Positions 48,535 to 56,086 of a DNA stretch of 64,000 nucleotides are shown here, one piece after another. Under the pieces are notes generated by a model, which saw only the letters and a list, made by a program, of their open reading frames with translations, ran no database searches and had not been told where the DNA came from. The translations under genes were made by a program, and so were the position numbers. The DNA comes from an uncultured Rikenellaceae bacterium (GTDB taxonomy: Bacteria; Bacteroidota; Bacteroidia; Bacteroidales; VadinHA17): contig CAZXFB010000024.1 of assembly GCA_964639725.1 (NCBI GenBank), positions 1,638 through 65,637 on the forward strand, written 5' to 3'. Position 1 is the stretch's first letter, and the number at the start of each line of letters is the position of its first letter.

Positions 48535-49728
48535 ATGAACAGAATAGACAGAAGAGGATTTCTCCGGACAGGTATTGCAGGTGCTGCAGGTGTAATGACT
48601 CTATCTCCTGCAATGATTAAAGCTGCTGAATCATCACAGGAAAATGATATAATATACCGCACCCTTGGAAAAACCGGACTGAAAATACCTGTAATAAGTT
48701 TTGGGGTTATGCGTGCCGATAATCCTAATCTGTGTAAAGCTGCTTATGAAAAGGGGATTAAATTTTTTGATACTGCAAATGGTTATCAGAATGGTAACAA
48801 TGAGATAATGCTGGGTAATCTGTTTAAGGATTATCCCAGAAATTCTTTTCTTCTTGCAACAAAAGTAAAACCAACCGGTGCGGACAAGGAAGGTAAACCT
48901 TCAGCTCAGACCAATGCCGAAGAATTCCTGCTGAAGTTTAATACAAGTCTTTCACGACTTAAAATGGATTATGTCGACATACTTTATGTTCATGATATAA
49001 GTAATCCTGAAATGCTTGAATATAAGCCCATTATTAATGCAGTAAAGAAACTTAAAAAGGATGGAAAAATCAAATTTATCGGTTTTTCAACTCACAGAAA
49101 TGAACCATTGGTAATTAACGCTGCTGCTGACAGTAAAACATGGGATGTTATCCTTACAACATATAATTTTAAACAGTCCAATATCAGTGAAATGAATAGT
49201 GCCATTAAGAAAGCTGCTGCAGCCGGAATCGGAATTGTTGCAATGAAGACTATGGCAGGTGGAGGATTCCTTGACAAAGAAAAAACAAAACCTATTAACT
49301 CGACTGCTGCCCTCAAGTGGGTTCTTTCAAATTCCGATATAACGACAACTATTCCCGGTATGACAGATTTTGATCAGCTTGATCTAAATACTAAAATATT
49401 AGCTGATATTAATCTTAATGATCAGGAAAAGAATGATTTGGTTATTGCAAGTGCTGAAACTGGTCTGTTTTGTACGGGTTGCAGTAAATGTATACCTGCG
49501 TGTCCCAGAAACCTGCCAATACCTGACCTTATGAGAGCTTATATGTATGCTTACGGGTACTCGAATCCATCGATGGCTTATTCGCTTATCAAAGAGCTTG
49601 GGACATCTGATAATCCATGCGGTGATTGCACATCCTGCGATGTGAATTGCACAAAAAACTTTAGTATAAAGGAAAAGATAGCTGATATTTCAAGACTTGT
49701 TAATGTTCCAGCTGACTTTCTGACTTAG
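48535..49728 (+). CDS. Tat-signal aldo/keto reductase with a C-terminal Cys-rich (4Fe-4S-type) extension
   Basis: 397 aa with Tat signal DRRGFLRTGIAGAAGVMT. The AKR core is LGKTGLKIPVISFGVM…FFDTANGY…YVDILYVHD. The C-terminus carries CTGCSKCIPACP and CGDCTSCDVNC. Confidence 0.75.
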   Translation: MNRIDRRGFLRTGIAGAAGVMTLSPAMIKAAESSQENDIIYRTLGKTGLKIPVISFGVMRADNPNLCKAAYEKGIKFFDTANGYQNGNNEIMLGNLFKDYPRNSFLLATKVKPTGADKEGKPSAQTNAEEFLLKFNTSLSRLKMDYVDILYVHDISNPEMLEYKPIINAVKKLKKDGKIKFIGFSTHRNEPLVINAAADSKTWDVILTTYNFKQSNISEMNSAIKKAAAAGIGIVAMKTMAGGGFLDKEKTKPINSTAALKWVLSNSDITTTIPGMTDFDQLDLNTKILADINLNDQEKNDLVIASAETGLFCTGCSKCIPACPRNLPIPDLMRAYMYAYGYSNPSMAYSLIKELGTSDNPCGDCTSCDVNCTKNFSIKEKIADISRLVNVPADFLT

Positions 49729-49878
49729 AAAGTTTTACATAAAAGGTAAATAAGAATGAGCTCTGCCGGAATACTGGTCAATTATAGGTAGAAATATTTG
49801 CAATTGAAATAAAGTGTTTTTGCCAGAGTTACTCAAGCAGTGTTAGTTGACTCTCAAATCTGAATAAATTATTCTACG

Positions 49879-50724
49879 ATGAAAAATAAGTTATTTATAG
49901 GTTTTGCTTTGTTAGGTCTTTCATTATCGGCATATACTCAGGATTATTCTTTTCCCGAACTGGAAGGTTTTAAAAAAATAACCAAATATCCGGTCTATTT
50001 ACCTGAAAACCTGTGGGATTTTATAAATGGGGCAGCGGATACTTATCTCTCTTATGGTTTTGTTGATCTGCATGTTGCAGAGTACAAAAAGGGTAAAGAT
50101 GTTATTAAACTTGAAATTTACCGCCATAGTGATAATACAATGGCATTTGGTATCTATTCTTCCGAACGCTCACCTTCATTCAGATTTATGAACCTGGGGG
50201 CACAGGGTTATATTACCGATGGTGCAATTAACTTATTTAAAGGAAGCTCTTATGTTAAAATAAGAACCTATTCCAAGAAAGAAAAGACTTTAAGGGCTGC
50301 TGAGACTTTAGCAATGAAAGTTGCTGAATCACTTAGCGGGGAAGCTAAAATGCCATCACTTATCTCCCAATTTCCATCAGAAGGTAAGAGACAAAATGAA
50401 GAGACTTTTATTAATGAGAGTGTTCTCGGACATAAGTTTCTGAATAAAGCATTTAAAGCTGTTTATGATATTGGAACAGACAGTTATTCGGTTTTCATCA
50501 TTGAATGCAAATCTGAAGAAGAAGCTTTAAAAACTGCTTCAACTTATCTTAAATCAGCAGGAATTGACGAGATAGAGACTGGAAACAATAAATATGTTCT
50601 TACTGATGGATATAATGGTACAATTTTTCTGGCAATCGGGAATGAAAAAATTGTTATAATATCCGGTCTCTCTAAAGACCAGTCAGAGGTTGCAGAAAAG
50701 TGTACTTATGAGATACTGAAATAA
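49879..50724 (+). CDS. Secreted hypothetical protein
   Basis: 281 aa with signal peptide MKNKLFIGFALLGLSLSAYTQ. No motif recognised. Confidence 0.45.
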   Translation: MKNKLFIGFALLGLSLSAYTQDYSFPELEGFKKITKYPVYLPENLWDFINGAADTYLSYGFVDLHVAEYKKGKDVIKLEIYRHSDNTMAFGIYSSERSPSFRFMNLGAQGYITDGAINLFKGSSYVKIRTYSKKEKTLRAAETLAMKVAESLSGEAKMPSLISQFPSEGKRQNEETFINESVLGHKFLNKAFKAVYDIGTDSYSVFIIECKSEEEALKTASTYLKSAGIDEIETGNNKYVLTDGYNGTIFLAIGNEKIVIISGLSKDQSEVAEKCTYEILK

Positions 50725-50736
50725 GAGAGACTGGGT

Positions 50737-52281
50737 TTAGGAATACCAGCCTCTTTCTCTGCTGCCTATACCTTTAAGAATTTCACTGGCTGTATTTACA
50801 TTTTCAATAACCTGGAAATCAAACATACCTACGCAGATAAAGTCAGCACCATTTTCAAATGCATAACGGAATCCATCTTTAGGTGTAATAGCGCCGGCAG
50901 CAAGAACTTTAAAAGCGATCCATGGTTTATTTACTCCCTTCATATACTCAATAGTCTTAGAGGGGAAAAGATCCCATATATTGTCGTGATTCTTATTATG
51001 ATCATCTGAATAAGGTCCGATAACACTGTATTCCTCACGATTGGCCTCTGGGTGAGCCGACCAGTATTTATCATGATGCAAAGTCTTTACATAAAAATCA
51101 GCAGGGAGCCCTTCTCTTTCACAAGCCTTAATGGTCTCAATTGAATGAGCCCCCATACCTGCCATTAAACCTTGTTTTTTTATATGATCAATTGCTTTAA
51201 AAAGTTCATCAAATTTGCCATTCATGCAGAATGAGTCACCAACATTTCCCTGGATGTAAACTGCTGTGGCACCACTATCAACAGCTACTTTTATATCTGA
51301 GAAGAAATCTTTTTCAGGTAATATTGCCTGGCATATTGATTGCATATTGCTGTTATATACTTTTTTATATTTGTTGAAAACAGGATAATACCGGGTGACC
51401 ATAAAGTTAGTATTAATACCTGCCTGCTCTGCTAGATAATAAGTTTCTATAATCTTCTTATCATTATTATATGCTTTAAAGAGTGTGTCAGCATATATCA
51501 GGTCCCGGGCATGCGACCATCCTCCGATAAGATTACAACCCATGATCATCTTGGTGACATTAAGGTTCCCGAGTTTACCCTGGGGCAGTTTTCCGGAAAG
51601 ATCTTCCAATCCTTTGTAATCTACTTTTATAGTTGCACCTGATATAGTGTCTGTAGCCGGTTCCGACAGGTGTTTAATAAAGGCACCGGAAAAAATTGCG
51701 AGAACAGGTACTCCTGCTAATCCCTTCAATAATTCCCTTCTTCCGTTACTCTCCGGAACATCAGGTTTATCAGTCATCTCTTCACCCCCTTGTGCAGCAA
51801 TCTTCTTTTTCTTCTTTCTTAATAAATCGAGTCCGAAAAACTGACCAGATCCGGTAATTGCGAGAAATGCAAGTGCAAATAGTTCAATAAGGTTTTTATT
51901 TACTACCAAATAATTGCCTTCAGAAGGAGTTCCGAAACTGAAATCACTAAAAGGAGGATATGCTACATAATATAAGGCCAGAAGTGCTACACCGCTCCAC
52001 GAGGCAAACCTGGTGAAGAGTCCAAGTATTAGCGCAAGACCAATTAGAATGAGTCCGAAAGTATTTGCATTATCAATAATCCACATGGATGTGTCACCAG
52101 ATGCCATCAGTCGGAAGAGATCCCCAAAAATCCACCTAGAGCCCTCAAGATAGGCTTTGGCTGTCCATGTAGTATTAACCAGTTTGCTCATCCCTTCAAA
52201 GAGGAAATGCCATCCTATAACTATTCTAAGCATGGCAAGTAACCATGACGCAAATTTGTTTTTAATAAAAATTGAACCCAT
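50737..52281 (-). CDS. Fusion protein: N-terminal DoxX/DoxD-like membrane domain, Lys-rich linker, internal Tat-like/TM segment and an unassigned ~310-aa domain
   Basis: 514 aa. The DoxX-like part is LLAMLRIVIGWHFLFEGMSKL… with 4 TM helices. It is followed by LRKKKKKIAAQ and RRELLKGLAGVPVLAIFSGAF, then a soluble domain (KLGNLNVTKMIMGCNLIGGWSHARDL … GADFICVGMFDF). Confidence 0.6.
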   Translation of the reverse strand: MGSIFIKNKFASWLLAMLRIVIGWHFLFEGMSKLVNTTWTAKAYLEGSRWIFGDLFRLMASGDTSMWIIDNANTFGLILIGLALILGLFTRFASWSGVALLALYYVAYPPFSDFSFGTPSEGNYLVVNKNLIELFALAFLAITGSGQFFGLDLLRKKKKKIAAQGGEEMTDKPDVPESNGRRELLKGLAGVPVLAIFSGAFIKHLSEPATDTISGATIKVDYKGLEDLSGKLPQGKLGNLNVTKMIMGCNLIGGWSHARDLIYADTLFKAYNNDKKIIETYYLAEQAGINTNFMVTRYYPVFNKYKKVYNSNMQSICQAILPEKDFFSDIKVAVDSGATAVYIQGNVGDSFCMNGKFDELFKAIDHIKKQGLMAGMGAHSIETIKACEREGLPADFYVKTLHHDKYWSAHPEANREEYSVIGPYSDDHNKNHDNIWDLFPSKTIEYMKGVNKPWIAFKVLAAGAITPKDGFRYAFENGADFICVGMFDFQVIENVNTASEILKGIGSRERGWYS

Positions 52282-52410
52282 TTATTTTCAGTTATTATGA
52301 TTTGGTAATTAAACTTTTTAAAGCTATAAAACTTTTTGAAATAAATGCTTTATCATTTTTTAAACGTACCTGATATATCCCGGAGTATCTGATAATGCCA
52401 TTTAAACATA

Positions 52411-53910
52411 TTAATAGAGGTATCTGTGACATTCAGAGCAATTAGCTTCCTTCCAGGCAGTTCCAATATCAACAGGATGTTGAAATTCAAGTGTATCCCT
52501 AACGTTGGTAAACTGCATCATCCCTGATTTACCCTGTCCTACAATTGTATGGCATAAGTTACAGTTACGGGTTATACTCTTTCCTGTTTCGGTTTTAAAT
52601 GCATCATTGTGACATCTGAAACATCCCTCTGACTCAAGATGTCCTATGTGATCGGGATATACATCATATGTTACCTTCATACCGGGGAAACTGTTCTGGC
52701 TATATGTTTTCTGAATTGCTGAAACAGCATTGTCTATTAATCCGGTATTTTTAGAATAAAATGCATAATGTCCGGTTTTATAGAAACTATTAATCTGGTC
52801 TTTTATCGAAATTAAAGCTGAGTCTCTGTCCCGGAAAGTCTGTTTTAATACATCCATCGATACTTTTTTAATGAAGGGTATGTTTTTTGACACCTCGCCG
52901 GTAAGCATAGCTTTATCAAAATATACCGGAGGGGAACTATAGTTATGTGACGGCCGGTTATGACAATCTATGCAATCCATCGTTCTTGTCTTAACTGTTG
53001 CTATAATGCTGTCTTCAATCGGATTATCAGGATTTCTGTAGGTAAATACCTCTCCGGTTCCCTTGTTTGTATACTTCACAAATGTTATGTTTTCCCGTTT
53101 GTCATTATCTGAGATATACTCGATATTAACTGAAGGATTTATGTGCCAGTGGATTCCCTCTTTTAACCCCATTCCTGTATATTCTGGCCCGGTCTTCATC
53201 TGTAGCATTATATCCCATTCGGAGTTAAGTGAATCGGTAAGGAAATACTTATTGGTTTCGAGTGTTCTTGCATAGAATTTCTGTGGCCAGTGACATTTCT
53301 CGCATGTTTCTCTGGCAGGACGAAGATCATGAAGAGGAGTCTCTATCGGTTTTGGATAAGTTTTTGTGAGTACTGCGTAAACCTGGTGCAAACCTGACAA
53401 TTTTGATTTAACATACCATGATGCCCCGGAACCGACATGACATTCCACACATGAAACATTTGCATGTGGTGAATTCTGATAGGCAGTATATTCGGGCTCC
53501 ATTACTTTATGGCATAGAGTTCCGCAAAATTCTACCGATTCAGTGAGGTGGAATGCTTCAAAACTTCCGTAGGTTGATAAAAATAACACAATAATTGTCA
53601 CAATTGTGAAAATTATAAAAGCATTTCTGTGCCTTGGATCATTCAGATCTATAACAGGCATCTGCTTTTTTTCAATCTCGGAAGATCTCTGTATTCTCCT
53701 TCTTGAGATGATCATCCCCAATGGAATCATAATCAGGCCCAACAGTAAGAATCCGGGAAGGATTATATAAATAAAGAGGCCAAGATTAGTGTTGCTTTTC
53801 TCGAATAGTGATGAAAAAATGAACAATACAATAATCAGAATCAGATTTATTGATGCAATTATCGAACCGATTATTGTGATCCAGTTTCTTGAGGAGGGTG
53901 GTAATTTCAT
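52411..53910 (-). CDS. Membrane-anchored NapC/NirT-like multiheme cytochrome c (seven heme motifs)
   Basis: 499 aa with hydrophobic segments in the first ~115 aa consistent with three TM helices (residues ~11-33, ~44-69, ~97-113). The NapC/NirT-like segment is ESVEFCGTLCHKVMEPEY…SCVECHV. Further motifs are CEKCH, CIDCH, CFRCH, CNLCH and CSECH. Confidence 0.8.
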   Translation of the reverse strand: MKLPPSSRNWITIIGSIIASINLILIIVLFIFSSLFEKSNTNLGLFIYIILPGFLLLGLIMIPLGMIISRRRIQRSSEIEKKQMPVIDLNDPRHRNAFIIFTIVTIIVLFLSTYGSFEAFHLTESVEFCGTLCHKVMEPEYTAYQNSPHANVSCVECHVGSGASWYVKSKLSGLHQVYAVLTKTYPKPIETPLHDLRPARETCEKCHWPQKFYARTLETNKYFLTDSLNSEWDIMLQMKTGPEYTGMGLKEGIHWHINPSVNIEYISDNDKRENITFVKYTNKGTGEVFTYRNPDNPIEDSIIATVKTRTMDCIDCHNRPSHNYSSPPVYFDKAMLTGEVSKNIPFIKKVSMDVLKQTFRDRDSALISIKDQINSFYKTGHYAFYSKNTGLIDNAVSAIQKTYSQNSFPGMKVTYDVYPDHIGHLESEGCFRCHNDAFKTETGKSITRNCNLCHTIVGQGKSGMMQFTNVRDTLEFQHPVDIGTAWKEANCSECHRYLY

Positions 53911-54057
53911 AATCAGCCTGTTTTATGATTCATTCAGGTAAATATAAAAAAATATTGAAACGTACAATCCAAATATGATAAGTTAGCTTCGGAACACGAA
54001 GTGATAACTTTAATTTTTATTAATCAAGTTCAAACTGAAGATGGTCAGATTGTCTGT

Positions 54058-54663
54058 TTATTCAATCAAATGAGATGAAATAAGATGTTTAAGCTCATCG
54101 TAAGTATTTACTACCGGCAGATCATTGTGATCATTTATTATATTTTGTGGAGGACAAAACAAAATACCAGCTTCAGCTTTACGGAGCATCAATATATCAT
54201 TATAGGAGTCGCCGATTGCAATTACACTAAAGTTTATGTTTTGCATAGCTTCAACCACCTTCATCTTGCCTTCATGCTGACGCAGTTTGTAATCAGTAAT
54301 ATTCCCTGAATTGTCTATTATAAGGTTATTACAGAAAATTGTTGGTCTTCCCATCTGTTCCATAAGCGGATCTGCAAATTCAGTGAAGGTATCAGATACT
54401 ATAATCAGCTGAACCCTTTCCCTCATCCAGTTTATGAATTCGATGGCTCCGGGAAGTGGTTTCATTGAAGAAATTACTTTTTTTATGTCATGTATTGTAA
54501 GACCATGTGCTTTAAGTATTTCAAGCCTTCGTTTCATGAGAACATCATAATCGTTAATATCTCGTGTTGTAAGTCTCAGTTCATGAATACCTGTCTTTTC
54601 AGCAACATTAATCCATATTTCAGGTACAAAAACTCCTTCAAGGTCAGAACATATAACATGCAT
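54058..54663 (-). CDS. thrH: Bifunctional phosphoserine phosphatase / phosphoserine:homoserine phosphotransferase ThrH
   Basis: 201 aa. MHVICSDLEGVFVPEIWINVAEKTGI…TTRDINDYDVLMKRRL…IVSDTF.EF..PLM…GDSYND..ML closely parallels Pseudomonas aeruginosa ThrH as I recall it. It is the last gene of the thr operon. Confidence 0.85.
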   Translation of the reverse strand: MHVICSDLEGVFVPEIWINVAEKTGIHELRLTTRDINDYDVLMKRRLEILKAHGLTIHDIKKVISSMKPLPGAIEFINWMRERVQLIIVSDTFTEFADPLMEQMGRPTIFCNNLIIDNSGNITDYKLRQHEGKMKVVEAMQNINFSVIAIGDSYNDILMLRKAEAGILFCPPQNIINDHNDLPVVNTYDELKHLISSHLIE

Positions 54664-54676
54664 GAGATATCTGTTT

Positions 54677-56047
54677 TTAATAGTTATTTATCAGGTATTC
54701 TTTTAATGAATTATAATTATTTTCAATAGTAACATACTCTTCACTTTTATCTTTAAGCTCATACAGGGATGGATGAAGAGGAGGAGTGATGTTAAGTATT
54801 TGGAAAATCTCATCCGGAAATTTTGATGGATGTGCTGTCTCAATTGAAACACAAAGTGGGTATGGTTTATTCAAATAATGATTTTGTGAAAGATACTCCT
54901 CAAGCGCGTGCCAGGCAACAGCACCGTGAGGTTCGAGAATTAAACCTCTCTTCTTATAACAATCTGAAATAGTTTGCCTTGTTTCTTCATCGGTAACACT
55001 GACTGCAAAAAAGTCTCTTCTCATTTTTTCCAGGTCAGGTGATTTTATGATCAGACCTTCCTCGTTCATTATGCCTCCGTATAATGTGATAATCCTGGAC
55101 ATATTGCTTGGATGTCCTACATTCATTGCACTTGAGATGCAGTTTAATGAAGGTTTAATAATTGAATAGTCTCCTTTCTCAAGGTAAAGAGGAACCTCAT
55201 TATTTGCATTGGTGGAAATTACAAAACGTTTAACAGGGAGGCCCATTTCACGGGCAATCAATCCACCCATAAGATTTCCGAAATTGCCGGATGGCACACT
55301 GAATACTATCGTATCATCCATGTTATCAGATACTCTTGACCATGCATAAAAATAGTAAACCGACTGAGGAAGTAACCTTCCGATATTAATAGAGTTGGCA
55401 GAGGAGAGTGGAATTTCTGAGAGCTCAGTATCTGTGAAAGCTCTCTTGACCATTAACTGACAATCATCAAACTTCCCTTTTATGTCAATTACTTTTATAT
55501 TTCTTTTCAGAGTTGTCATTTGTTTCCTTTGCATCTCTGTAACTTCTCTCCCCGGAAACAATATTACAACATCAATATTATTAAGTCCGTAAAATGCATT
55601 TGCTACTGCACTTCCTGTATCACCTGAAGTGGCAGTAAGTATGACTAACCGCTGACCCTGATGTGAAAGGAAATGTTGCATCATGCGGGCCATCATTCGT
55701 GCAGCAAAATCTTTAAATGAAGCAGTGGGGCCCTGATCAAGCCTCATAATATAATTACGGTTGTTAACCTTTTCGAGGGGAACATCAAAGTCATATGCAT
55801 CCTTGCAGAGTTCGGAAAGCTGATCGTACTCCATCTCATTACCAATCAATTTTCCAAGAACAACTGATGCAATTTCGGGATAACTTTTTGCAGAAAAGTT
55901 TTTTATTTCTTCAGTCTCGAACTTTGGGATAAAATCCGGCATATATAGTCCTCCATCGGGTGCCAGACCCTTCAGAAGAGCTTCCCTGAAAGGAACAACC
56001 GGGGATTTTCGATTTGTAGAAAAGTATAGAACAGATTCCTTTTTCAA
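54677..56047 (-). CDS. thrC: Threonine synthase
   Basis: 456 aa with PLP-lysine context GPTASFKDFAA and TATSGDTGSA, at a long-form ThrC size. Confidence 0.9.
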   Translation of the reverse strand: MKKESVLYFSTNRKSPVVPFREALLKGLAPDGGLYMPDFIPKFETEEIKNFSAKSYPEIASVVLGKLIGNEMEYDQLSELCKDAYDFDVPLEKVNNRNYIMRLDQGPTASFKDFAARMMARMMQHFLSHQGQRLVILTATSGDTGSAVANAFYGLNNIDVVILFPGREVTEMQRKQMTTLKRNIKVIDIKGKFDDCQLMVKRAFTDTELSEIPLSSANSINIGRLLPQSVYYFYAWSRVSDNMDDTIVFSVPSGNFGNLMGGLIAREMGLPVKRFVISTNANNEVPLYLEKGDYSIIKPSLNCISSAMNVGHPSNMSRIITLYGGIMNEEGLIIKSPDLEKMRRDFFAVSVTDEETRQTISDCYKKRGLILEPHGAVAWHALEEYLSQNHYLNKPYPLCVSIETAHPSKFPDEIFQILNITPPLHPSLYELKDKSEEYVTIENNYNSLKEYLINNY

Positions 56048-56086
56048 TTCTTTAATATGATTTATTTTATTTATTTGAACCGGGAG

